Assembly (NCBI GenBank): GCA_041615815.1 | Contig: JBFJCP010000001.1 | Span: 160,001-224,000, forward strand | Length of the DNA: 64,000 nt | Reading direction: 5' to 3' | DNA from: Gemmatimonadales bacterium | GTDB lineage: Bacteria > Gemmatimonadota > Gemmatimonadetes > Gemmatimonadales > GWC2-71-9 | In this document: piece by piece, positions 22,876 through 33,710 of the stretch | Position numbering within the stretch: the stretch's first letter is position 1 | How the letters are laid out: each line of letters opens with the position of its first letter | Notes under the pieces: generated by a model | What the model was told of the DNA's origin: nothing | Database searches by the model: none | The model's input: the letters and a program-made list of their open reading frames with translations, nothing else | Made by a program: the position numbers and the translations under genes

Positions 22876-25071
22876 ATGAAGGCCGCCGTGCCAAGGACCA
22901 TCGGATCGAACCCGCGGCGGTGGTGCCGCGACGTGACACCGCGCGGTGTTGTGCGTTGGCTGGCAGCCACGCTCGTCGCCGCTCTGCTCAGCGCGACGTT
23001 CCCGTCGGATGCCCAGGCTCAGCAGTACACGGGCTACACACCGGCCACGACGGCCGCGCAGGCGGAATTCGAGACCGCGCTCCAGGACCTGATCGATACG
23101 AGCGCCGCGCGAACCTGGTCACGCATCCTGAGTGCCGAGCCGCGCATCGCGGGGACGTCCCGGCAGCGCTGGACCGCTGGCTTCGTGGACAGCCTCACCA
23201 CCGCGTGGGGACTCCGGTCCCGCCTCGATTCGTTCCTCGTGTATCTCCCACATCCGGTCTCCGTCAGCTTGGCGCGCGTGTCGCCTGACCCCCGAGAGCT
23301 GACGGTCACGGAGCCACGACTCCCGCAGGACCCGGCGACCCACGGCACCATCTTCCCAGCCTTCAACGGATATTCGGGACGGGGGGACGTGACGGCGGAG
23401 ATCGTCTACGTGAACTACGGCTTGATGGAGGACTACGCACAGCTCGAACAGCGCGGCGTCAGCGTGGCCGGCAAGATCGCGGTGGCGCGATATGGGCGGT
23501 CTTTTCGGGGCATCAAAGCGCGCGAAGCGGAGCGGCACGGCGCGATTGGACTCGTCCTCTATTCGGATCCAGCCGACGACGGGTACGTCCGCGGCGACGT
23601 ATATCCCAACGGCCCGTTTCGACCCGATTTTGGAGTCCAGCGTGGGAGTATCAAGAACGGACGCGGCGATCCCAGCACCCCCACCTGGGCGTCGACTTTT
23701 GATGCGCCGCGGATCGCGGAGAGCGAGATGGTGGGCATCGCGCGGATCCCCGTGCTGCCGGTTGGATACGCCAGCGCGGCCGAGCTGCTGCGGCTGCTCG
23801 GTGGAGCGGATCTCCCGGATCAGGGTTGGCAAGGCGGCCTTCCGTTTCGCTATCACGTCGGTCCCGGCCCGGTGACCGCCCGCCTCGCCGTGCGCACGGA
23901 GGCGCCGACCGCCGCACTACACCCCATCTACAACACGATTGCGGTGCTCGAAGGGCGCACGCGGCCCGACGAGTGGATCGTGGTGGGTGCCCACCGGGAT
24001 GCCTGGGGTCCCGGAGCCACCGACAACGCCAGCGGCACGGCCAGCGTCTTGGAAATGGCCCGTGCGTTTGCGACGCTGGCCGCCCGAGACCGGCGCCCCG
24101 AACGAACCATCGTCTTCGCGACGTGGGATGCCGAGGAATGGGGACTCATCGGATCGTGGGAATGGGTGGAGCAGTCTGCAGACGAACTCCGTGCGAAGGT
24201 CGTGGCATACGTGAACCAGGACGCCGTGGCCTCCGGATCTCGCTTTGGGGCGAGTGCCGCCGGCACCCTGAAGTCCCTGGTCCGCGAGACGATGGGAGCC
24301 GTGCCCGATCCGTTCGGCGAGTTCGCCACCGTCTACGAGCGATGGACCGCGCAACACCCCGAGCGCCCCGTTCCTCCGGTGGGTGATTTGGGCGGCGGGT
24401 CGGACTTTGCGGGGTTCTACAATCTCCTGGGCATCGGCGCGGTGAATCTCGGCTTCGGTGGACCCGGTGGCGTGTACCATTCTGCCTATGACTCGTATCG
24501 CTGGATGAGCGAGTTTGGTGATCCCGCCTACGCCGCCCACGTGGGGGCGGCGCGAGCCGCCGGCACCGTCGTGGCCCGTCTCGCCAACGCGGAGATCCTG
24601 CCGTTCGATTACGCTGGGTTCGCCGCGCAGCTTCGCGCATTGGTCGAAGACATCGACCATGACCTGGAAACCTTGGATTGGTCGGCGGATGTTGGTCCGC
24701 TCCTCCACGCCATCGAGGTGTTCGGGAACGTGGCCGAAGCGTTCAGCAGCGCCCGCGCCTCCGCGACGCGCAACAATGGCGACCCGCAGTGGGCGGCGCT
24801 GAACCGTGCCCTGCTCGAGGTTGAGAAGACCCTCACGCGCCCAACGGGTCTTCGAGACCGACCCTGGATGCGAAACCTCATGTTCGCCGCGGATCGGGAC
24901 AACGGATACGGCAACATGCCCTTGCCATCGATCCGCGAGCCGCTGCGAGACGGGGACGCCGCCACGGTCGAGGCAGAAATCCGGGATCTCGTAGCCCGGG
25001 TCGACCAGGCCGCAGACGCACTCCGGGCGGCGCTGGCACTGCTGCGAGACGCCGCAGCAGACGGGTCCTGA
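22876..25071 (+). CDS. M28 glutamate carboxypeptidase II-like peptidase (PA domain + transferrin-receptor dimerisation domain)
   Basis: YVNYG, RYGRSFRG, VQRGS, GAHRDAW, WDAEEWGLIGS, GSDF and YHSAYD motifs; start may be GTG 22933. Confidence 0.93.
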   Translation: MKAAVPRTIGSNPRRWCRDVTPRGVVRWLAATLVAALLSATFPSDAQAQQYTGYTPATTAAQAEFETALQDLIDTSAARTWSRILSAEPRIAGTSRQRWTAGFVDSLTTAWGLRSRLDSFLVYLPHPVSVSLARVSPDPRELTVTEPRLPQDPATHGTIFPAFNGYSGRGDVTAEIVYVNYGLMEDYAQLEQRGVSVAGKIAVARYGRSFRGIKAREAERHGAIGLVLYSDPADDGYVRGDVYPNGPFRPDFGVQRGSIKNGRGDPSTPTWASTFDAPRIAESEMVGIARIPVLPVGYASAAELLRLLGGADLPDQGWQGGLPFRYHVGPGPVTARLAVRTEAPTAALHPIYNTIAVLEGRTRPDEWIVVGAHRDAWGPGATDNASGTASVLEMARAFATLAARDRRPERTIVFATWDAEEWGLIGSWEWVEQSADELRAKVVAYVNQDAVASGSRFGASAAGTLKSLVRETMGAVPDPFGEFATVYERWTAQHPERPVPPVGDLGGGSDFAGFYNLLGIGAVNLGFGGPGGVYHSAYDSYRWMSEFGDPAYAAHVGAARAAGTVVARLANAEILPFDYAGFAAQLRALVEDIDHDLETLDWSADVGPLLHAIEVFGNVAEAFSSARASATRNNGDPQWAALNRALLEVEKTLTRPTGLRDRPWMRNLMFAADRDNGYGNMPLPSIREPLRDGDAATVEAEIRDLVARVDQAADALRAALALLRDAAADGS

Positions 25072-25103
25072 AGCCTTCGACCTCCACCCGCGACCCCATC
25101 CTC

Positions 25104-25131
25104 TTGACAGCCCATCGCAGCGGTCTATCTT
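25104..25131 (+). promoter_or_regulatory. Sigma70-like promoter of groESL
   Basis: TTGACA (25104-09), 16 nt spacer, TATCTT (25126-31), immediately upstream of CIRCE. Confidence 0.7.
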
Positions 25132-25138
25132 CATGTCG

Positions 25139-25165
25139 TTAGCACTCGACTGCACTGAGTGCTAA
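25139..25165. promoter_or_regulatory. CIRCE operator (HrcA binding site)
   Basis: Exact TTAGCACTC-N9-GAGTGCTAA upstream of groES. Confidence 0.97.
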
Positions 25166-25225
25166 GGCTGTAGACAATCAAAACACCCTGTACCACAACA
25201 CTTTAGCCGTACGGAGGGCGCGGTT

Positions 25226-25540
25226 ATGGCCACTGCGACCAAGGGCAAGTCAAAGGTCAAAATCCAGCCGCTGGGAGACCGTGTGGTCATCCAGGCCTTG
25301 GAAGAGACCGAGGAGATGCGGGGCGGGCTGTACATCCCGGATACCGCCAAGGAAAAGCCACAGCAAGGCGAGATCGTGGCGGTGGGTCCTGGCCGGTTCG
25401 AGAAGGGGGAGCGCGTGCCGATGGAGTTGAAGGTCGGACAGCGCGTGCTCTACGGGAAGTACAGTGGAACCGAGGTCACGATTGACAGCCAAGAGTTTCT
25501 GATCGTGAAAGAATCCGACGTCCTAGCGGTCGTCGAGTAA
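25226..25540 (+). CDS. groES: Co-chaperonin GroES
   Basis: IQPLGDRVV, GGLYIPDTAKEKPQ and KYSGTEV motifs. Confidence 0.98.
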   Translation: MATATKGKSKVKIQPLGDRVVIQALEETEEMRGGLYIPDTAKEKPQQGEIVAVGPGRFEKGERVPMELKVGQRVLYGKYSGTEVTIDSQEFLIVKESDVLAVVE

Positions 25541-25556
25541 CGAGCGAGGGTAATGA

Positions 25557-27200
<1,644 letters not shown>

Positions 27201-27233
27201 TCCCCCGTCCCCAACGCCGGCTGCAGTCCACGC

Positions 27234-27267
27234 ACGCCCCGGAGAAACCTCCGGGGCGTTTGCGTTT
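27234..27267 (+). terminator. Rho-independent terminator of groESL
   Basis: ACGCCCCGGAG-AAAC-CTCCGGGGCGT followed by TTGCGTTT. Confidence 0.8.
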
Positions 27268-27347
27268 GCCCGTCTTCCCGATGCCCCCGACGGCGCCGTA
27301 TCTTGGAGGGGTCAATGCCATCCCGGCCGTTCACTCAGGAGCATCTC

Positions 27348-27710
27348 ATGATTTTTGGTCCTCTTCCGTGGCTGCTCGCCCTCGTGCTCGGCGGTGCGAG
27401 CCCCGATACGACGCCGGGCGATCCCCTCACAAACACCCACATCCAGTCCCAGTCCGACACGACGCTCATGATGGTACAGACGGTCGCCCCGGGAAGCCGC
27501 ACAATCCGTGGGATCACCGGCATCTCGCTCGCTCTGCGGAGCTATGAGTTCGAAGTCCCCGCGCAGTGTCCCATTACGCTCGGCGGGAATGACGCCGAGT
27601 TAGCGGACGTGCGCCGGGGCACCGTCGTGCGCATCGTCTACCGGACGGCGGGCAGCCGCATGATTGCCGATCGCATCGTAGGAATGCGCATGCCGGGAGG
27701 TGACCGATGA
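27348..27710 (+). CDS. Hypothetical small secreted beta-rich protein
   Basis: AGGAG RBS, hydrophobic N-terminus, ATGA overlap with the next gene; alternative start at 27315. Confidence 0.65.
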   Translation: MIFGPLPWLLALVLGGASPDTTPGDPLTNTHIQSQSDTTLMMVQTVAPGSRTIRGITGISLALRSYEFEVPAQCPITLGGNDAELADVRRGTVVRIVYRTAGSRMIADRIVGMRMPGGDR

Positions 27711-28858
27711 GGGCCGCGGGGGGTTGGCTCGCCGCGCTCGCCGTCATCGTCGTCGCGTGCGCCCGTGCGCCGGAACCAGGCGATCCGTTGCGCAACCTGA
27801 CGCAGGCGGAGCGCGAGCGGTTCTTGCAGGGTCGAGCCGTGTTCGACAGCGTATTCAATCCCACCACGGGGCTGGGCCCGCTCTTCAACGCGCCCGGGTG
27901 TATTGCTTGCCACAACGGCCCGGTGGCGGGCGGGGGAAGCCCGGTAAGCGAGATTCACGCGAGTGCTTTCTCCACCGCAGACGGGTTCTGCGATCCCCTG
28001 GCGGCGCAGGGTGGACCGGTCTATCAGCTCCGGGTGACCGATGCGTTACGACAAGCGCTGGGCATCGAGCGGGAGCCCATTCCAGCCGCGGCCGACACGG
28101 CCGTTCGCACCACCCCTGACGTTTTCGGTTTCGGTCTCCTGGATGCTGTGCCGGAGGCCACCCTGATGGCCCTCGCCGACCCCAATGACGCCGACGGTGA
28201 CGGGATCTCGGGTCGGGTCAACCGCTTCTTCGATGGTCGCGTGGGACGCTTCGGGCGGAAAGCACTGGTGCCAACGCTGGCCGAGTTCAACGAGGGAGCT
28301 TTCCTGCTCGAACAAGGAGTCACGACGCCCAATGCCCCCGAGGAGAATTCCGTCGCTGGTGACCCCCTCCCACCGGGAGTGGACCCGGCACTCGATCCCG
28401 AAATCGGCGCCACCGCGCTCGCGCGGGTGAACGACTACGTGCGTTTCCTCGCGCCGCCCCGTGCCCGGGACCTCACCACCGTCGGCCAACGCGGGCAGAC
28501 GGTGTTCAACGAGATCGGCTGCGCCAAGTGTCACGTGCCCGAACTCCGAACCGGAGACCACCCGGTGCGGGCCATTGCCAACCAAACGGTGGCAGCCTAC
28601 ACCGATCTCCTGTTGCACGATATGGGACCCGAACTCGCGGACATTTGTCTCGGTCTCGTCGCCGTGCCCGGAGAGTTTCGCACGGAGCCGCTCATGGGAC
28701 TCCGGTTCGCGAGTCGGCTGCTCCATGATGGGCGCGCCGGCAGCATCGAGCAGGCCATCCAGTTTCACGGAGGCGAATCCGCAGCGTCCCGGAGTGCCTT
28801 CGACAGCCTCTCCGATGCAGACCGGACAGCGATCCTGGAGTTTCTCCGGTCGCTCTAG
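27707..28858 (+). CDS. Di-heme oxidoreductase family (DHOR/DUF1111-like) lipoprotein
   Basis: GLGPLFNA..CIACH, CAKCH, DPNDADGDGISGR, GRFGRKA, YTDLLLHDMG and LLHDGRA motifs; lipobox VVAC. Confidence 0.9.
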   Translation: MRAAGGWLAALAVIVVACARAPEPGDPLRNLTQAERERFLQGRAVFDSVFNPTTGLGPLFNAPGCIACHNGPVAGGGSPVSEIHASAFSTADGFCDPLAAQGGPVYQLRVTDALRQALGIEREPIPAAADTAVRTTPDVFGFGLLDAVPEATLMALADPNDADGDGISGRVNRFFDGRVGRFGRKALVPTLAEFNEGAFLLEQGVTTPNAPEENSVAGDPLPPGVDPALDPEIGATALARVNDYVRFLAPPRARDLTTVGQRGQTVFNEIGCAKCHVPELRTGDHPVRAIANQTVAAYTDLLLHDMGPELADICLGLVAVPGEFRTEPLMGLRFASRLLHDGRAGSIEQAIQFHGGESAASRSAFDSLSDADRTAILEFLRSL

Positions 28859-28864
28859 CAGCGA

Positions 28865-28928
28865 GGGGCGGGGAGCGGTTCAAAGGCTACGGTCGTTTCG
28901 GCATCTGTGTAGTCCCGCTTCCCGCTCC
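28865..28928. terminator. Inverted repeat between convergent genes (bidirectional terminator candidate)
   Basis: GGGGCGGGGAGCGG / CCGCTTCCCGCTCC 14-bp arms (two G-U pairs). Confidence 0.55.
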
Positions 28929-28932
28929 CGGT

Positions 28933-29928
28933 CTACCGTGCCACGGCATCAATGATCCGGTGGATCGTCACCGAGTCCGCGCTGAGCAATCCCGCGGCCG
29001 GTAACCGCCACAGGAGCTCCACCCAGCTTGTGTCTTGGGCAAACGCGCGAGCAAAGAAGGGCAGGGCGTCCGTGGTGCGGCCGAGATCCGTGAGAGTGAC
29101 CGCCTGCCAGTACACGAGTTCACCGTTCGTGGCGCTATCCGGCAGCATGGCCGCCGCCCGACCGTAGGCCGCCAAGGCCGAATCGATGTGCCCCGCCGTC
29201 ACGAAGTTGTCACCGTCGGTGGCAGCACGATACGCTCGCGCCACCGTGACCAGCCGGCGTAACTCGCCCAAGGGATCGGGCGAGTCCTCGACCCGCAAAT
29301 CGAACAGTTTCTCCCACGGTCGCACGCTGCGTTCGCCGGACACGACGACGAGAGCCGCGGACTGCTTGCCCCGAATGTCGCCGCCGGCCGCCTCGGCGGC
29401 CTCCAGCGCGGCCAGAAGTCGCGCGGCGAGATCGCCAGGCGTTCGTTCGAAGGCACGTTGCATGGCCGGCCACACGCGCGCATTCCGCATCAAGTTCGCT
29501 TGAACCGCGTATCCAGATCCCGTCGCATGGCCTGCAGCGGGGATGTTCCGGGAGCCCGTGTGCACCGCCACGCGGCCGGCGGCATCCACGATGGCGACCT
29601 GGCGAACCTGGCTGTCGGGATCCGCTCGCAGCAAGGCCGCCAAGACGGCTGGGGCGGGAAGTCCGGTTCGCAGGAGTGCGAGGGCTCGCGCGCCGTAAGC
29701 CGGCTCCACGAAGGATTGTGTTGCCACGGCGCCGACTCCCGGCTCGGCCCAAGGCACGATACTCCCCACGCTGAACCAGTGGGATTGGACGGCGACACCC
29801 AATGCCCCCGTGGCCGGGTCATGCGCCACAATCGAATAGGTGTGAACCGGTCGGAGCGGCGTCTGCGCCGTGAGGAAGCGGACGCAACCTGAGAGGAGGA
29901 TGCCGAGTACTAGGAGGCGGAGAACCAT
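28933..29928 (-). CDS. DUF1028 (Ntn-hydrolase-like) secreted protein with TPR-like tail
   Basis: HTYSIVA, GVGAVATQ, QANLM, GGDIRGKQSA and DLRVED motifs. Confidence 0.9.
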   Translation of the reverse strand: MVLRLLVLGILLSGCVRFLTAQTPLRPVHTYSIVAHDPATGALGVAVQSHWFSVGSIVPWAEPGVGAVATQSFVEPAYGARALALLRTGLPAPAVLAALLRADPDSQVRQVAIVDAAGRVAVHTGSRNIPAAGHATGSGYAVQANLMRNARVWPAMQRAFERTPGDLAARLLAALEAAEAAGGDIRGKQSAALVVVSGERSVRPWEKLFDLRVEDSPDPLGELRRLVTVARAYRAATDGDNFVTAGHIDSALAAYGRAAAMLPDSATNGELVYWQAVTLTDLGRTTDALPFFARAFAQDTSWVELLWRLPAAGLLSADSVTIHRIIDAVAR

Positions 29929-30014
29929 GGAACGCTACTCCTGGATGATATCCGAATGGCTCAGTCGATCTTCGATCTGTGGCGCTGGAAGCACGCGCCT
30001 ACTAATTTCCGGCC

Positions 30015-30398
30015 ATGACGTTCCGCTGGCTACTACTGGTATCGCTCGTGGCGCTGCTACCCGGTCTGGGCCATGCCCAGAAGCGTACACCCACCGTCGC
30101 GGGCACGTGGAAAGTCGATACCCCGGATGGGCCCCAGGAACTGGTGGTCCGACCAGATTCCTCGGCCAGCTTCGGCGAGGAGACCGTGCGCTGGCGTCTC
30201 ATTGCCGATACGATGTTCATCGCCTTCGGCGACGAATGGGTTGGGTACAACTACCGGCTTCGCGGCGACACGTTGACGTTTACCGGTGGTGACCTCGAAG
30301 AGCCCATCTCCATGGTCCGCGTGGGGCCACCCACCCCGCGCCCGCCAGGCGTGCCACTCCCTCAGCCCCCGGCGCTCGCGCCGCGAACCGGTGGATAG
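30015..30398 (+). CDS. Hypothetical secreted protein
   Basis: Signal peptide ending GHA-Q; GTW motif followed by beta strands. Confidence 0.75.
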   Translation: MTFRWLLLVSLVALLPGLGHAQKRTPTVAGTWKVDTPDGPQELVVRPDSSASFGEETVRWRLIADTMFIAFGDEWVGYNYRLRGDTLTFTGGDLEEPISMVRVGPPTPRPPGVPLPQPPALAPRTGG

Positions 30399-30440
30399 GA
30401 GCCTGCTCATCACGGCTCCGGGTCGTACCCGTCACTCAGC

Positions 30441-32534
30441 ATGAACTCGCCGTCCGACACCGGCGGTCCTCCGCGCGCCGAACAGGCCGCGCTCTCGCGA
30501 CAGCTTGGTGATTTTCTCATCGAGCTGTCGATATCCCTGCACAAGCATGCCATGTACCCCGACGGGCATCCGTCGTTGGCACCCGCCTGTGTTCAGGTCT
30601 CGCAGCGGCTCACCACCCTCCTACAGGATCGCCCGAGCATTTCGCTCGGGGTCGCCCGGACCCGCCTGGTGATCGAGGGTGTCGCCACGGACCCCAAAAA
30701 CCCCGTGCTGCGAGATCTCGCGAATCGGCTGCACAAACATCAGCTCGGGGCCGTGACGTTCCGACGCGGCGCCCCCGTCGAGGAGATCCGCAACTTCCTC
30801 CTGGCCGTTGCAGCGGAACCCGAACGCACGGGCGAGCCGCTGGGACCCACGTCCGTGAGCAAACCACCCCCGTGGTTCCACATTCGCGTCCATCCCATGT
30901 CCTATGAGCGTCTGGATTTTGCGGACCGGGAGGGGGACGTCGAAGCGGTGGCCCTGTCCCGGGCCGAACAACTCTGGATCGGTCTCGCCCAAGCTGCGCT
31001 CGCCACCGCCGAGACCCCGTTGGACGAGCAGGATGCCGCGCAAGCGGAGCCTTCCGTCGTGGCCCGTGCCATCGACGAGCACACGCGCGGCACCGCCTAT
31101 GATCAAGTGATCGTCGGCTACATGCTGCAGCTGGCCGAGGAGCTCCGCGGTACCGAGGGACGCGACGCTCTGTTGCTGAAGCGGCGCATGTCCGAGCTCG
31201 TGGCCAATCTGGATCGCCGCACGCTCAGTACGTTGATCGACATGGGAGGAGATCGGCAACAACAACGCCAGTTCCTGCTCAACGCATCGCACGCGCTTTC
31301 GGTGGACGCGGTGATCGATATTGTGACCGCGGCGGCGGACGAGCAACGCGATGAGCAGGGCATCTCACAGTCCTTCCTCCGCATGCTGCAGAAGCTCGCT
31401 CGCTATACGGAATCCGGCGAGCAACGCCGTCGGGTCGAAGCGGATCTCGCCATTCGTGAGCAGGTGACGGAGCTGATCCGCGAATGGAGCCTGAGCGATC
31501 CCAATCCCGATGCCTACCGGGAAGCGTTGGAGACCATGGCAGGGACCGAGCCCTTGTTCGCGGTCTCTCCGGATCAGCGGTTTCAAGTCGATGCCGAACG
31601 GATGGTGCAGATGGCGCTGGAAGCCGAGGCGGCGGGACAGCTCGTGGACCGGGCGGTGGAAACGCTCGTGGGGGACGGTCGCCTCCCATGGCTACTCGCG
31701 GCGTTGGAAGAGGTGGAAACCTCGCAGCTGGCCGTGTCGGGAACCGTCACCGCGATCAACGACCAGATCACCAGCGGTGAAACTCTCGACCTGCTCCTGC
31801 AACAAGAGCCGCTCGATATCGAAGCACTCGATCGGCTGCTTCCTCGGTTTGACGATGCGGGGACCGCAGCCATGCTCGATGCCTTGGCGGACGCGCAGTC
31901 CGGACGCACCCGCCGGGCCCTCCTCGACCGGCTCGTCCGTCTCGGCGAGCGCGTGGGTCCGCAGGCGCTGGAGCGTCTCACCGATCCGCGGTGGTTTGTC
32001 CAACGCAACATGCTCGTGATCCTCGGCTCCCTGGCGACTCCTCCGGACGGCTTCAATCCCGCGGACTTCCTCCAGCATCGTGACCCGCGGGTGCGGCGGG
32101 AGGCCATTCGCGTCCTGCTGCGCCGCCCTGCCGGCCGAGAGCGGGCCGTCTGTCACGCGCTCGCCGACGAGGACCCGCGCACGGTGCGGCTGGGGCTCAA
32201 CGCAGCGTTAGAGCGGTGTCCGGAAACGGCGGTTCCCCTGGTCGTCTCCCGGACCGGGTCGGAGACGCCCCAGGATCTGCGGGTGCTGGCCGTGCGCGCG
32301 CTCGGACAGAGTGGGCAGCGAGTGGCCCTCGACACGCTGCTCCAGATCGTCCAGCCGCGCCGTGGGCTGTTCCGCTCGCGCCGCACCAAGTCGCCCGAGT
32401 ACCTCGCAGCGCTGACGGCGCTGCATCGGTTCGCCGACCACCCCAGCGCCCAGCGCGCACTCGCCCAGGCCGCCAAATCTTCCGATCCGGAGATCGTGCG
32501 TGTCGCCAGCGGGGAACCCGCTCCCCACGGCTAA
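30441..32534 (+). CDS. HEAT-repeat protein
   Basis: C-terminal HEAT_2-like repeats (DPRWFVQRN, DPRVRREA, DPRTVR); N-terminal YPDGHP domain. Confidence 0.85.
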   Translation: MNSPSDTGGPPRAEQAALSRQLGDFLIELSISLHKHAMYPDGHPSLAPACVQVSQRLTTLLQDRPSISLGVARTRLVIEGVATDPKNPVLRDLANRLHKHQLGAVTFRRGAPVEEIRNFLLAVAAEPERTGEPLGPTSVSKPPPWFHIRVHPMSYERLDFADREGDVEAVALSRAEQLWIGLAQAALATAETPLDEQDAAQAEPSVVARAIDEHTRGTAYDQVIVGYMLQLAEELRGTEGRDALLLKRRMSELVANLDRRTLSTLIDMGGDRQQQRQFLLNASHALSVDAVIDIVTAAADEQRDEQGISQSFLRMLQKLARYTESGEQRRRVEADLAIREQVTELIREWSLSDPNPDAYREALETMAGTEPLFAVSPDQRFQVDAERMVQMALEAEAAGQLVDRAVETLVGDGRLPWLLAALEEVETSQLAVSGTVTAINDQITSGETLDLLLQQEPLDIEALDRLLPRFDDAGTAAMLDALADAQSGRTRRALLDRLVRLGERVGPQALERLTDPRWFVQRNMLVILGSLATPPDGFNPADFLQHRDPRVRREAIRVLLRRPAGRERAVCHALADEDPRTVRLGLNAALERCPETAVPLVVSRTGSETPQDLRVLAVRALGQSGQRVALDTLLQIVQPRRGLFRSRRTKSPEYLAALTALHRFADHPSAQRALAQAAKSSDPEIVRVASGEPAPHG

Positions 32535-33701
32535 GTGTCGGCCGCCGTCGAGTTCCTGACTGCCGTGGGCCAAACGCTGTCCGCGCTCACGCTGTATCCC
32601 GAGGGGCACAAATCTCGGGAACACGCGGTCGACAACGTGTACGAGAAGCTCGTCGATCTCCACGAGCAGCAGCACACGGCGGTCTTTCTGTTCCTGGGTG
32701 AGGAAGTCGTGTTTGCCGGTCAGCCGATTCACGAACTCAAGGACTGGGAATGGAGCCGGCGGTTGGCTGGCATTGGTGTCCAGCGACTCGAGATCGATGC
32801 GCAAGCAACTCGCGACGAGCTCGAGGAGCTGTTAGACGAGATCCTCGCTCGATTGAATCTCCGGGCGCTGGACAGCACGGAAGCCCGTCAGATGCGGCTC
32901 GGCGCAATCCGCTATGGCCGTGTGGGCATCGGTGACGAGGATAAAATGGACGAGGAGCTCACCACCGCCACGCTGGCGTTCACGCTCGGCGAGGAGGCGG
33001 ATACGATTCGGTGGCTGCATAACGAGATCACGTCGGGCCAGGGCCTGCCGTTGGTGGAAGCCGAATCCGTGGTCCGCAGCCTGGCGGTCGCCATGCACGG
33101 CGATCAGCACGTGATGGTGCCGTTGCTCCGGTTGCGACAATACGACGAGTACACCACCACTCATGCACTCAATGTGTGCGTCCTCGCCATGGCGCTCGCC
33201 GAGTGGATCGGCCTCGGTGCCCGCGATGTGCGGGCCTTCGGGATCGCGGGGCTGCTGCACGATCTCGGGAAAGTCAAGATTCCGCGCGAAGTGCTGAACA
33301 AAGCGGGCAAACTCACTGCCAGCGAACGGCAGCTCATGAACAGCCACCCCGTCCACGGCGCACGGATCATCGCGCACTCCCAGGCCGAGTTGGACGTGGC
33401 CGCCGTGGTGGCGTACGAGCACCACGTCATGATCAACGGAGGCGGGTACCCCACCTTCCAGTTCGCCCGCGATTGCCACTTCGCCAGCAAGCTCGTCCAT
33501 GTGTGCGACGTGTATGACGCCCTGCGAACTCGCCGTCCGTACCGGGGAGCGTGGCCATCCGATAAGGTCCTCGCGTATTTGGAAGAGCGATCCGGTCTCG
33601 AGTTCGACGGTCAGCTCGCCCACGGCTTCACCCAGATGGTGCGAGCGTGGGAACCGCGGATCGCCGCCGTCGCGGAGACCGAGCTCGTTCCCGTCGAGTG
33701 A
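32535..33701 (+). CDS. HD-GYP domain phosphohydrolase
   Basis: YTTTH, LLHDLGK, LNKAGKLT, HPVHG, EHH..GGGYP, DVYDAL and RPYR motifs. Confidence 0.92.
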   Translation: MSAAVEFLTAVGQTLSALTLYPEGHKSREHAVDNVYEKLVDLHEQQHTAVFLFLGEEVVFAGQPIHELKDWEWSRRLAGIGVQRLEIDAQATRDELEELLDEILARLNLRALDSTEARQMRLGAIRYGRVGIGDEDKMDEELTTATLAFTLGEEADTIRWLHNEITSGQGLPLVEAESVVRSLAVAMHGDQHVMVPLLRLRQYDEYTTTHALNVCVLAMALAEWIGLGARDVRAFGIAGLLHDLGKVKIPREVLNKAGKLTASERQLMNSHPVHGARIIAHSQAELDVAAVVAYEHHVMINGGGYPTFQFARDCHFASKLVHVCDVYDALRTRRPYRGAWPSDKVLAYLEERSGLEFDGQLAHGFTQMVRAWEPRIAAVAETELVPVE

Positions 33702-33710
33702 GCCCTGGTG

